64,000 nt of DNA from Acidimicrobiia bacterium. GTDB lineage: Bacteria; Actinomycetota; Acidimicrobiia; Acidimicrobiales; JANYDT01. The notes under the pieces were generated by a model that had not been told where the DNA came from, searched no databases, and worked only from the letters and a program-made list of their open reading frames with translations. The DNA is taken from positions 10,671-74,670 of the forward strand of contig JANYDT010000218.1 of the NCBI GenBank assembly GCA_025359845.1, given 5' to 3'. Of the stretch, positions 25,773-35,179 are shown piece after piece (position 1 is the stretch's first letter; every line of letters begins with the position of its first letter). Made by a program: the position numbers and the translations under genes.

Positions 25773-26498
25773 TTAGCCGACGCCGCAAACCCGCACGATG
25801 GCGGCGATGAGCCCATCGAGAGTCGACGGATCGGCCGTCGCCGCGATTCGGTAACCGCGCTCGGTCGCCGCAGCCGCTGTAGCCGGCCCCATGCACACCA
25901 CCGTCAACGGCACCGCGCCGGTCCAGGCGCGCACGGCCGACGGCGACAGGAACGTGATGGCATCGACTTTGTCCATTACCCGTCGGTCGAGCGCCGACAG
26001 CCGTCCGAGCGGATCGGCGATAGCTTCAGTCCGGTAGGCCTCGACCGCATCGACGGTCCAGTCCTTCGCCACGAGGCCCTCGACCAACGCCGCCCGTCCT
26101 TCGGCCGCCCGAGGCAACAGGACCCGGCCCGGACCGACTGGAAACGCTTCGACGAGCCCGTCGGCGTCGGTTCGGATGGGCACGAGGTCAACACGCGGCA
26201 GCGTCGCCGCGGTGCCCGGTCCTACCGCGGCGATCTTCACGCCTGTCAGCCTCGGTTGACAAGCCAAGAACCGGGCGGCGGCGACCCGTGACGCCAATAC
26301 CACCCAGTCGTAAGTTTCGAGCCGACCCACCGCAGCGCGCAGCGCGGCCCCGCCATCGGTCGGATCGACAGTCTCGATCATCGGCACCCCCAGCACCGTC
26401 GCCCCGAGGGCCTCGAGCCGTTCGACCAACGGGCCGGCCCGGTCGGCGGCCCGGGTCACGGCAATCGTCCTCCCCCACAAGGGGCCCTCAACGGGCAA
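25773..26498 (-). CDS. hemD: Uroporphyrinogen-III synthase
   Basis: GRTIAVTRAADRAGPLVERLEALGATV. Lies downstream of hemC. Start is uncertain (TTG 26498, GTG 26513 or ATG 26546). Confidence 0.7.
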   Translation of the reverse strand: MPVEGPLWGRTIAVTRAADRAGPLVERLEALGATVLGVPMIETVDPTDGGAALRAAVGRLETYDWVVLASRVAAARFLACQPRLTGVKIAAVGPGTAATLPRVDLVPIRTDADGLVEAFPVGPGRVLLPRAAEGRAALVEGLVAKDWTVDAVEAYRTEAIADPLGRLSALDRRVMDKVDAITFLSPSAVRAWTGAVPLTVVCMGPATAAAATERGYRIAATADPSTLDGLIAAIVRVCGVG

Positions 26499-27381
26499 GG
26501 AGCACCCGCCCACCGCGGTCGAGCAAGGATTCGGCCAGCGCGGCACCGTCGATGCCGACCCCCCGCACGACCGTCGAGCCGTCGAGTGCCGCGATCAATC
26601 CTTCGATATGCACCTCGCCCGTTTCGACCATTACCGCAAGCGCACCGACCGGAAGGTCACAACCCGACCCGAGCCGCTCCAGAAATGTCCGTTCGGCGGT
26701 CACACACGCCCGGACTCGGGCATCATCAATGAGAGTCAGCAGCTCGACAGTGGCGCGGTCATCGGTCCGGCATTCCACCGCCAGGGCGCCCTGGCCGACC
26801 TGGGGCAGCATCACCGCCGGGTCAAGTCGCTCGGCGAAGTGCCCCTCGAGGCCCAGGTGTGTGAGCCCGGCCACGCCGGCCACGATGGCGTCGAATCCGG
26901 CTGCCTTCTCGACACGGGTGTGCATGTTGCCCCGCAGTTCGAAGAATTGCAGGTCAGGCCGCAGGGCCGCGAGTTGCGCCCGCCGCCGAACCGATCCGGT
27001 CGCCACCCTGGCCCCGGACCTCAGGTCGACGAGACGCGAACCTACGAGCCCGTCGCGCGGGTCGGCCCGCAGCGGAAAGGCGGCGATGACCAGCCCGGGC
27101 GTGGGGCGCGAGGGCAGATCCTTGGCCGAATGGACGGCAAAATCAGCGTCGCCACGTAACACCGCCTCCTGCACTTCCTTCACGAATACGCCCTGTCCGC
27201 CGATGCGATGCAGCGGCGTGTTCGCCGTCTGGGTACGGTCGCCGAGCGTGTCAACCAATACTGACGTAATCGCGGGACCGGATGGCAGGGCGCCGACGAG
27301 CGCAGCTACCAACGCCGTCTGCAACTGGGCCAACGGGCTGGAACGAGTCGCCGCTCGCAACGGCCGCAGCTGGGTGGTCAC
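26488..27381 (-). CDS. hemC: Hydroxymethylbilane synthase (porphobilinogen deaminase)
   Basis: LRAATRSSPLAQLQT, RGNMHTRVEK, and 4-nt overlap with hemA. Confidence 0.85.
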   Translation of the reverse strand: MTTQLRPLRAATRSSPLAQLQTALVAALVGALPSGPAITSVLVDTLGDRTQTANTPLHRIGGQGVFVKEVQEAVLRGDADFAVHSAKDLPSRPTPGLVIAAFPLRADPRDGLVGSRLVDLRSGARVATGSVRRRAQLAALRPDLQFFELRGNMHTRVEKAAGFDAIVAGVAGLTHLGLEGHFAERLDPAVMLPQVGQGALAVECRTDDRATVELLTLIDDARVRACVTAERTFLERLGSGCDLPVGALAVMVETGEVHIEGLIAALDGSTVVRGVGIDGAALAESLLDRGGRVLLAR

Positions 27382-28622
27382 AGATCGAACAGGGTGCGCA
27401 GGGCATCGGCCATGCGTTGACCCCTAATGGTGCCCGCCGCCTCTTTCAACCGGACCGTCGGCTCATGAGCGATCTTGCCCACCAACTGACGGGTAAGGGC
27501 CGCTACCGCCTCGCGCTGTTCATCGGTCAGTCCTGACAGACGAGAGTCATAGCGAGCCAGCTCGGCCGACCGGATCAACTCCAGCTGCGCCCGCAACGCC
27601 GTCACGACCGGAGCGACTTGGCGGGCGGAGGCGCCGGCCGCGAACCGATCGAGTTCGTCGCGAACTATAGCTTCAACTGACGTTATTTCGGCCCGACGCG
27701 ACGACAATCCGGCTTCCACAAACGTCCGGATCGCGTCGAGGTCGAGCAACGTGAGCCCATCGAGCGAAGCGGCGGCCGGGTCGACATCGCGGGGCATGGC
27801 CGCATCGACGACGAGCAGCGGGGCCTGGCGCAGAGCCATCACCGCGGCGAGGTCGTCGACGCCCAACACGATCTCGGCCGAGGAGGTAGCCGTCAACAAC
27901 ACGTCGACTCGGGCCAGCGCGCTCGGCAGTTCGTGGAGCGGGACCGTGGTGGCCTGAATTCTCGCCGCCAAGGCGGCGGCCTTCTGGCGAGTCCGGTTGG
28001 CCACCAGCACCTCACCGACACCGGCGTGTTGAAGCGCCGTGGTCATGCTCACGCCGATCTCGCCGGTCCCGAGCACCAACACCGACCGTCCGACCAGCGA
28101 CCCGAGTTGCGCCTCGGCCAACTGGACGGCGGCATGGCTCACCGAGGCCGTGCCCCGCGCGATCGCCGTCTCGGTCCGGGCCCGTTTGCCAACCTCGAGG
28201 GCGTGGCGGAACAGCGCATCAAGGCGGGGACCGGGCGCGGCGCGCATCATCGCCTCGCGGACTTGGCCCAAGATCTCAGACTCGCCGACGACCGCGGATT
28301 CGAGGCCGGCAGTCACGCGGAACAGGTGATGGACGGCCTCATCGTCGATCCGGGTGACCAACGTCTCGACGAAGCGATACATAGGCAGGCCCGAAAGCGA
28401 CGAGAAGAAGCGGTGAATATCGTCGACCGCGGGGTGGAAACCCTCACAGACGGCATAGACCTCGGTTCGGTTGCATGTCGAGATCAAGACCACCTCAGAG
28501 AGATGATCGGAACTCCCTAGCTCGTGCAGGGCCTTGTCGAGGCCGGCGGCGGGAACTGTCATGCGCTCCAAGAGTGACAGCGGGGCGCTGCGATGGTCGA
28601 CTCCAACGGCCACGATCGACAT
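27378..28622 (-). CDS. hemA: Glutamyl-tRNA reductase
   Basis: VGVDHRSAPLSLLERM, active-site STCNRTEVYA, NAD-binding LVLGTGEIG. Confidence 0.9.
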   Translation of the reverse strand: MSIVAVGVDHRSAPLSLLERMTVPAAGLDKALHELGSSDHLSEVVLISTCNRTEVYAVCEGFHPAVDDIHRFFSSLSGLPMYRFVETLVTRIDDEAVHHLFRVTAGLESAVVGESEILGQVREAMMRAAPGPRLDALFRHALEVGKRARTETAIARGTASVSHAAVQLAEAQLGSLVGRSVLVLGTGEIGVSMTTALQHAGVGEVLVANRTRQKAAALAARIQATTVPLHELPSALARVDVLLTATSSAEIVLGVDDLAAVMALRQAPLLVVDAAMPRDVDPAAASLDGLTLLDLDAIRTFVEAGLSSRRAEITSVEAIVRDELDRFAAGASARQVAPVVTALRAQLELIRSAELARYDSRLSGLTDEQREAVAALTRQLVGKIAHEPTVRLKEAAGTIRGQRMADALRTLFDL

Positions 28623-28669
28623 GGGTCAGCGCCCTCTCGAACAGCTCGACACGCAATTAGCGTACCTGC

Positions 28670-29437
28670 TCACGCCAACCCCCTGCACTTCGTCGCGGGG
28701 CGAACAGAACCGGTGGTCGCGGCGCCCCTGCGGGGCCTGACGCTCGCTGACAATGCGCCCAAGCCGATCGACAGTTCATCCGGGTACTCGGCGTCGGGCC
28801 CGGTCGGGTCGCGGTGGTGATGATGAAAGCTCAAGATCTGCAGTTCGAGGGCGAGGTCGACCCGCCTGACGGCCACGTGATCGGGTACCACCAACAGGGT
28901 CGGCGAGAAGTTCAACAAGCTGGATACTCCGGCCGCCACCAGCTGGTCGGCCACGGCTTGGGCTGCGGGCGCGGGCGTGGCGATGATGCCGATCGCCACG
29001 GCCCGCGCCTTCACGATCTCGGCCAGTTCGCTCGTCGGTCGCACCACCAATTCGCCGACTTTCTGCCCTCGTTTGGACGGATCAGAATCGAGCAGGGCGG
29101 CCACCTCGAACCCGCGCGTACTGAAACCACCGTAGCCGGCCAACGCCCGTCCGAGATTGCCGATCCCAACAATGACCACCGGCCAGTTCTGAGTTAGCCC
29201 GAGTTCCCGGCTGATCTGGTGGAGCAGATTGTCGACGTCGTAGCCCACGCCACGGGTACCGTAGGTGCCCAGATAGCTCAAGTCTTTGCGAACTTTGGCG
29301 GCGTTGACACCGGCCAACTCCGCCAATTCTTCCGATGAGACGGTGACCGAATGGGTCTTGGCCAGGTCAACGAGACCGCGGTGGTAAAGGGGCAGCCGGG
29401 CGATCGTAACCTCGGGGATCCGCCTGGGGGTGCGCAT
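28670..29437 (-). CDS. rex: Redox-sensing transcriptional repressor Rex (with ~45-aa C-terminal tail)
   Basis: IPEVTIARLPLYHRGL, SYLGTYGTRGVGYDV, Rossmann VVIVGIGNLGRALA. ATG 29437 lies inside track ORF 28670..29476. Confidence 0.85.
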   Translation of the reverse strand: MRTPRRIPEVTIARLPLYHRGLVDLAKTHSVTVSSEELAELAGVNAAKVRKDLSYLGTYGTRGVGYDVDNLLHQISRELGLTQNWPVVIVGIGNLGRALAGYGGFSTRGFEVAALLDSDPSKRGQKVGELVVRPTSELAEIVKARAVAIGIIATPAPAAQAVADQLVAAGVSSLLNFSPTLLVVPDHVAVRRVDLALELQILSFHHHHRDPTGPDAEYPDELSIGLGALSASVRPRRGAATTGSVRPATKCRGLA

Positions 29438-29458
29438 CGCTCCTGATCCTACACCCGC

Positions 29459-29476
29459 TTGTGAATCCGGGCACAA
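29459..29476. promoter_or_regulatory. Rex operator (ROP)-like inverted repeat upstream of rex
   Basis: TTGTGAATCCGGGCACAA against the remembered consensus TTGTGAAnnnnTTCACAA (2 mismatches in the right half). It lies 21 bp upstream of the rex ATG. Confidence 0.6.
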
Positions 29477-29565
29477 AGTTCGCCGGCCTCCGGTATCGTC
29501 ACCCTTGTGGACGACTGCGATGGCTTGAAGACCATGGCCTCAACCGGCGCGTCCCGCGCCACGAC

Positions 29566-30249
29566 GTGACCACGGCTTTGGCGGTGGCCGCCTTCCTCTT
29601 CTCGGTGGCGTTCGGGGCCTGCACCCTCGAACGCTGGTTACTTCGCCGGTCCCGCCAACTCTTGGCCTGGACCGTGGCGTTGGGCATGTTCGCGGTCGGG
29701 GCCGCGGCCCTGGCCTGGGGCTCGGCCCGAGGCTGGAGCGCCTCATCGTTTCGCCTTTTCTTTGCGTTCGGGGCGGTCTTGAACGTACCTTTCCTGGCGC
29801 TCGGACAACTTTATGTTCAGATCCGCCGACGGGTAATCGACCGCATCGCCGTGGCTGTCGGCCTGCTCGGCGCCTTCGCTCTAGGCGTCGTCATCTCCTC
29901 ACCGCTCCGGGCGCCGGTTCCCACCGATGACCTGCCCCAAGGGTCGCAGGTGTTCGGCCCGGCACCTCGTGTACTGGCTGCGGTGGCCAGCGGCGTGGGC
30001 GCCTCGGTCGTGTTCATCGGGGCGGCGATCGGTGTTTGGCAGCTCCGGCGGCGACAGCCGAAACGCGCCGGCGGGCTCGCCCTCATTGCCTTGGGCACGC
30101 TCACGTTGTCGGCCAGCGGATTGCTCAATTCGGCTTTTGGGGCCATGCGGGCCTTCAGTATCACCCTTACCATCGGCATCGCCATCTTGTTCGTGGGGTT
30201 TCTCGTCACGACAACCGGCACCACCAGTGGACCTACGAAGGGGACATGA
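29566..30249 (+). CDS. Integral membrane protein, function unknown
   Basis: Six or more hydrophobic segments. Start is placed at the in-frame GTG 29566 of track ORF 29461..30249 and is uncertain. Confidence 0.5.
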   Translation: MTTALAVAAFLFSVAFGACTLERWLLRRSRQLLAWTVALGMFAVGAAALAWGSARGWSASSFRLFFAFGAVLNVPFLALGQLYVQIRRRVIDRIAVAVGLLGAFALGVVISSPLRAPVPTDDLPQGSQVFGPAPRVLAAVASGVGASVVFIGAAIGVWQLRRRQPKRAGGLALIALGTLTLSASGLLNSAFGAMRAFSITLTIGIAILFVGFLVTTTGTTSGPTKGT

Positions 30250-30322
30250 CCGCCGGCCCGACAGTCGCGTGAGGACGAACCGCGACGGATACGCTACGCG
30301 CCACAACCAAGGGGGATTGAAC

Positions 30323-32698
30323 GTGTTGCTGTCGCCATATCGGGTACTTGACCTGTGCGATGAACGGGGTCAACTGGCCGGACAGATGCTCGCCCAATTG
30401 GGGGCGGAGGTCATCGCCATAGAAGCGCCGGGGGGATCCAGGTCACGCCGTTTGGCGCCATTCGCCGGAGACCAATCCGGCCACGAGACCAGCCTGTGGC
30501 ATCGCAGCTTCAACCGAGGAAAGCGGTCAGTCGTTCTCGATCTGGCGGCATCGGAAGTTGATCGGGAGCATTTCCGCGGTTTGGTGCGGGGCGCCGATGT
30601 GGTTATCGAGTCGGGCCGCCCGGGCGACTTGGCCGCCATTGGATGGAGCTACGCCGATCTTTCGGCGCTGAACCCGGCGCTCGTGATGGCTTCGGTCACG
30701 GCGTTCGGCCAAGACGGGCCCAAAGCTCTCTGGGCCGCCACCGACCTCACCGTCTGGGCATCGGCCGGTCCTATGGCGATCACGGGCGATGCCGATCGGG
30801 CGCCCGTCCAGGTCGGTGTGCCCCAAGCATTCGCCCATGGCGCCGCCGAACTCGCGGGAGCCGTCCTGATCGCGTTGCACGAACGGTCGTGGTCGGGTCT
30901 CGGTCAGTACATTGATGTGTCGGCGCAGCAATGCGCGACGGCGGCCACCCAGTCCACCATCCTCTCGGCCCCGAACAACGCCACCCAAATGGAGCGAATG
31001 TCCGGGGGACTGCGGTTGGGTCCGATGTTGATTCGCATTGTGTGGCCGTGCCAGGACGGTTACGTGTCGGTGTCTTTGCTCTTCGGCTCCGGAATCGGTC
31101 CGTTCACCGTCAAGTTCATGCGCTGGGTGTGGGAAGAGGGGTTTTGCGATGAAGCGACCCGCGATAAGGATTGGATCGGGTACTACGGCCTGATCGCAAC
31201 GGGTCGTGAACCCATCTCGGAGTACGAACGGGTCAAGGAGATCGTCGGACGGTTCTGCGCCAGCAAGACCAAGGCCGAACTCATGGCGACGGCCCAGAAG
31301 CGCGGGCTACTCATCGTCGGCGTGACGATGATCGACGACGTCGTACATCTCGAACATTTGCAGGCTCGCGGCTACTGGGATCACATCGACGGGGTGACGT
31401 ACCCAGGGCCCTTCGGCAAGTGCAGCGCCACTCCCCTCCTCAGGCTCGCCTCCGCCCCGAAGTTGGGACACGACACCGCCGCGGTGTTGGCCGAACCCCC
31501 CCGAACGCGAGGCGAGCCCAGCGGAGCCCAGCCGGCCGGCGATGGGGCGCGACCGGCCCTCGCCGGTTTGAAGGTCCTCGACCTCATGTGGGTCATGGCC
31601 GGACCGGCCGTGAGTCGGACACTGGCCGACTACGGCGCCACCGTGGTGCGAGTCGAGTCGTCCAAACACGTCGAAGTAGCCCGCACACTGCAGCCTTTCA
31701 AGGATGACGTGACCGGCGCCGAACAATCCATGCTGTTTGCCAACCTCAACGCCGGAAAGCTCGGAATAGCCGTCGACGTGCGCACCGAAGAAGGCAAGGC
31801 GGTGATCCTCGACCTGGTTCGGTGGGCCGATGTCGTGCTCGAGTCGTTCTCCCCCAAAGCCATGCGCGGCTTCGGACTCGGATACGACGTGCTGAAGGCC
31901 ATCAACCCGAAGATCGTCATGATGTCGAGCTGTCTTTTCGGCCAGACCGGCCCGCTTTCATCGTTCGCCGGTTTTGGCACGATGGCCGCCGCAGTGAGCG
32001 GGTTTCTGGGCATTACCGGCTGGCCCGACCGCGATCCGTGCGGGCCTTACGGCGCCTACACCGACTACATCGCCCCCCGCTTCGCGCTGTGTTTGCTGCT
32101 CGCCGCGGTGGATCATCAACGCCGGACCGGCGAAGGTCAGTACATCGACTTCGCGCAGGCCGAAGGGGCCCTTCATACGCTGGCGCCGGCCATCCTCGAG
32201 TACAACCTCAACGGCCGGGTGTGGCCGCGACCGGGTAACAGCGATCGAAATCTGCATCCCCACGGCGTGTTCCGGTCCTTGGGCAACGACCGATGGATCG
32301 CCGTCGCCTGCGAGAACGACGAGCAACGAGCCCGCCTGAAAGCGCTCGTGGGCGAACTCGATGAACCGTCGATCACCGCCTGGACGAGCCGGCGCGATCC
32401 GAGCGAGGCCACCGAAACGCTTCAAGCCATCGGCGTCGCCGCCCATCCCGTCCAGAACTCCGCCGAGTGTGCCGTCGATCCGCAACTGGCGGCCCGCGGG
32501 CACTTCATGACCCTTCCCAATTCAGCGCTCGGCACGGCCACGATCGAAGGGCCGCGGGCCCATTTCTCGCGCACCCCGGCGGTTGTGACCAACGCTGGGC
32601 CGTCGCTCGGCGAGCACACCTACCAAGTGCTCACCGAAATTCTCGGCTACGACGCGGATCGCTTCGCCGAGCTACTCGTGGCCGGCGCCCTCGAGTAA
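30323..32698 (+). CDS. Tandem-fused family III CoA-transferase (two CaiB/BaiF domains in one ~790-aa chain)
   Basis: The N-terminal signature YRVLDLCDERGQLAGQMLAQLGAEVIAIE is repeated as LKVLDLMWVMAGPAVSRTLADYGATVVRVE from about nt 31560. GTG 30323 is preceded by AAGGGGGA. Confidence 0.8.
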   Translation: MLLSPYRVLDLCDERGQLAGQMLAQLGAEVIAIEAPGGSRSRRLAPFAGDQSGHETSLWHRSFNRGKRSVVLDLAASEVDREHFRGLVRGADVVIESGRPGDLAAIGWSYADLSALNPALVMASVTAFGQDGPKALWAATDLTVWASAGPMAITGDADRAPVQVGVPQAFAHGAAELAGAVLIALHERSWSGLGQYIDVSAQQCATAATQSTILSAPNNATQMERMSGGLRLGPMLIRIVWPCQDGYVSVSLLFGSGIGPFTVKFMRWVWEEGFCDEATRDKDWIGYYGLIATGREPISEYERVKEIVGRFCASKTKAELMATAQKRGLLIVGVTMIDDVVHLEHLQARGYWDHIDGVTYPGPFGKCSATPLLRLASAPKLGHDTAAVLAEPPRTRGEPSGAQPAGDGARPALAGLKVLDLMWVMAGPAVSRTLADYGATVVRVESSKHVEVARTLQPFKDDVTGAEQSMLFANLNAGKLGIAVDVRTEEGKAVILDLVRWADVVLESFSPKAMRGFGLGYDVLKAINPKIVMMSSCLFGQTGPLSSFAGFGTMAAAVSGFLGITGWPDRDPCGPYGAYTDYIAPRFALCLLLAAVDHQRRTGEGQYIDFAQAEGALHTLAPAILEYNLNGRVWPRPGNSDRNLHPHGVFRSLGNDRWIAVACENDEQRARLKALVGELDEPSITAWTSRRDPSEATETLQAIGVAAHPVQNSAECAVDPQLAARGHFMTLPNSALGTATIEGPRAHFSRTPAVVTNAGPSLGEHTYQVLTEILGYDADRFAELLVAGALE

Positions 32699-32701
32699 TA
32701 G

Positions 32702-34210
32702 TCAGATGCCGCCTATCTTCAGTTCGCGGCGCAAGATCTTGCCCGCGACGCCGTGGGGCAGGTCGCGAACGAAGAGCACTTTCGACGGGCATTTATACCG
32801 GGCCAGATAGGTGCCGCAGTAGGCAATCACTTCATCCTCTTCAAGGGCTCGGTCGGGCTTCGCGACCACGAATGCCTTCACCGATTCGCCGGTGTGGGGA
32901 TGGGGCACGCCAACGACGGCGACTTCGGCCACTCCGGGATGACCAGCGAGCACCTCCTCGACCTCGCCGGGATACACATTGAAACCCGACACGATGATGA
33001 GATCTTTGACCCTGTCGACAATCGTCAACTCGCCGTCGTCGTCGATGACCGCGATGTCTCCGGTCCGAAGCCACCCCTCAGGAGTCAAAGCCCTGGCCGT
33101 GGCCTCGGCGTCGTTCCAGTAACCCGGAAACACGTTCGGGCCGCGCACCCAGATCTCGCCGGCGTCTCCAGCCACCGTGTCATCACCGTTCTCGTCGACG
33201 ATGCGCACCTCCACCCCCGGTATTGGGCGACCGACAGTACCGGGCACGGGATTCGGTTGCGCGGCCGCGGTCACGATCGGCGCCGCCTCGGTGAGGCCGT
33301 AGCCCTCGCCTATGGCGACACCGAAGCGCTTCTGGAAGGCCGCGGCCACGTTCGGGTCGAGGCGAGCGGCACCGCTGGCCGCAGCCCGAACCGTCGCAAA
33401 GTCGGCCCGGGTTGCCTCCCCGTCGTCGAGGCGGACCCACGCGTCAAACATCAACGGCACGCCTACTATCAAGGTGACGCCGCGGTCGCGAACCGTGGCC
33501 ACCGAACTCGCCGGATCGAAACGTTGAACGAGGACGGTCAGAGCGCCCGCCGCCAACGCCCGTCCAAGCACCCCATTGAGCCCGTACACATGAAAGAGCG
33601 GCAATGCGCCGAGCACCACATCAGACCCCACAACATCGTTGCCCGACGACGCCTGCGCCTGGGCGATGTTGCTGAGCAGGTTGCCATGGGTGAGCACGGC
33701 CGCCTTGGGCGCCCCCGCCGTTCCGCTGGTGAACAACAAAACCGCGGGGGCATAAGGGGGTCGATCGACGATCGGCGCCGGTTCACTAACGAGGAGGTCT
33801 TCGAACGAGAGGGCGTCGGCCAGATCGACGCCATTAGGCACGAGCACGGTCGCAATGCCGACACAGGACCTGTCGACCTTAGCGAATGCATCGGCCGCCG
33901 TCGGCCCGACAACGACCACCTTAGGGCGCACCGAAGCCAACTCTGCGCTCAGCTCGGCGGTAGGGCTCTGAGGATTGAGCGGTACAGCGATCGCCCCGCT
34001 ACCCAGCACGGCCAGGTAGGCGGCCACAAAATACCAGTTCGAGGCCAGCATCAGCCCGACTCGGTCGTCGGGCTCGACCCCCAAAGCGGCCAAGCCCCCG
34101 CGCAGGGCAGCCACTTGGGCTCGTAGCGCGCCGTACGTTGTGACCTCGTTGGCGCTCAGGATGGCCGGGGCGGCGTCGGGATGAGAGGCAATCAAAGATG
34201 CCAGGTTCAT
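32702..34210 (-). CDS. AMP-dependent acyl-CoA synthetase/ligase
   Basis: AMP-binding motif FTSGTAGAPKAAV and GWLRTGD...VDRVKDLIIVSGFNVYP. ATG 34210 (the track ORF begins at TTG 34216). Confidence 0.85.
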   Translation of the reverse strand: MNLASLIASHPDAAPAILSANEVTTYGALRAQVAALRGGLAALGVEPDDRVGLMLASNWYFVAAYLAVLGSGAIAVPLNPQSPTAELSAELASVRPKVVVVGPTAADAFAKVDRSCVGIATVLVPNGVDLADALSFEDLLVSEPAPIVDRPPYAPAVLLFTSGTAGAPKAAVLTHGNLLSNIAQAQASSGNDVVGSDVVLGALPLFHVYGLNGVLGRALAAGALTVLVQRFDPASSVATVRDRGVTLIVGVPLMFDAWVRLDDGEATRADFATVRAAASGAARLDPNVAAAFQKRFGVAIGEGYGLTEAAPIVTAAAQPNPVPGTVGRPIPGVEVRIVDENGDDTVAGDAGEIWVRGPNVFPGYWNDAEATARALTPEGWLRTGDIAVIDDDGELTIVDRVKDLIIVSGFNVYPGEVEEVLAGHPGVAEVAVVGVPHPHTGESVKAFVVAKPDRALEEDEVIAYCGTYLARYKCPSKVLFVRDLPHGVAGKILRRELKIGGI

Positions 34211-34219
34211 ACGCAACCC

Positions 34220-34309
34220 CTATCTGAACTGGAATGCGAACTGGTAAACGGCGGCGGCCATAATGAGAAGCAACAAGAAGACGAGGACGAGCGTCGTGGC
34301 GGGCCGCAT
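34220..34309 (-). CDS. Candidate 29-aa hydrophobic micro-protein
   Basis: ATG-RPATTLVLVFLLLLIMAAAVYQFAFQFR-TAG ends 9 nt before the acyl-CoA ligase ATG. G/C third positions favour this frame over the overlapping track ORF frame. Confidence 0.25.
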   Translation of the reverse strand: MRPATTLVLVFLLLLIMAAAVYQFAFQFR

Positions 34310-34330
34310 GACTCAATAATGCCCCGCCGC

Positions 34331-35146
34331 TCAGACGGCGACCGACAGCGTGACCGACATGCCCGCGGAAAGCCCGAGTTCGACGGCGGCAGAATGCCTA
34401 TCGAGGCAAATCGATAAAAGGCCATAGCTATCGACGATGAGACCGACTTGTCCGGTCTTGACATCGGCGTAGGTGTTCGCGCGGTGACCGGTACGGGTCG
34501 TCTTCAAGAGCCCTCCCCAACGCAACGAGAGCACATCGCCGAAACCCTCGATCTCCGACGGGTCGACGTTGAGTTGCGCGTTACCGAAGCGATCGACCCA
34601 CAACACCTCGCCAATGAGAATCTCGTGGTCTTCGCCCGAGGTCCGCGTGAGCGGCAACACGCTGGGCAACAACGTGACCGGGTCGATCACCGGCCCGAAC
34701 TCCTCCATGGGCGTCCCCGAACTCAAGCGCGCGGCCACAGGAGCGAAGATGTCGCGCCCGGCAAAAGTAGGGCCAGGCGCAATCAGATGAAAGGCCGGGT
34801 TCGTAAGTTCGACGGCCCCGATAGCACCCCCCAACATGGCCACGGCCGGCGCCATCAAACCGTTGTCGGGTCCGACGAAGACCAGCGCTCCTGCGCTCAC
34901 GGCCACCGCTCGACGGGCCGTCCCGACGCCTGGATCGACGATCGCCAACACCACCCCGTCGGCCATGTATTGAACGGCCCGAACCAAGGTTAGCGAGCCG
35001 GCCCGGATGTCATGAGGCTCGATGTCGTGGCTGATATCGATCACCCGACTGTCGGGCGCCAGCTGCGCGATGACCGACTTGCAGACGCCGACAAACTCAT
35101 CGACGAGCCCATAGTCGGTCAAAAACGAGATAACGGGGGCGCTCAT
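34331..35146 (-). CDS. SAM hydroxide adenosyltransferase family protein (DUF62; chlorinase/fluorinase-like fold)
   Basis: ISFLTDYGLVDEFVGVCK, AIVDPGVGT, GPDNGL, TFAGRDIFAP. Confidence 0.75.
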   Translation of the reverse strand: MSAPVISFLTDYGLVDEFVGVCKSVIAQLAPDSRVIDISHDIEPHDIRAGSLTLVRAVQYMADGVVLAIVDPGVGTARRAVAVSAGALVFVGPDNGLMAPAVAMLGGAIGAVELTNPAFHLIAPGPTFAGRDIFAPVAARLSSGTPMEEFGPVIDPVTLLPSVLPLTRTSGEDHEILIGEVLWVDRFGNAQLNVDPSEIEGFGDVLSLRWGGLLKTTRTGHRANTYADVKTGQVGLIVDSYGLLSICLDRHSAAVELGLSAGMSVTLSVAV

Positions 35147-35179
35147 GGCGTCATCGCTTCGGTTCGGTGCTTGCGGATG

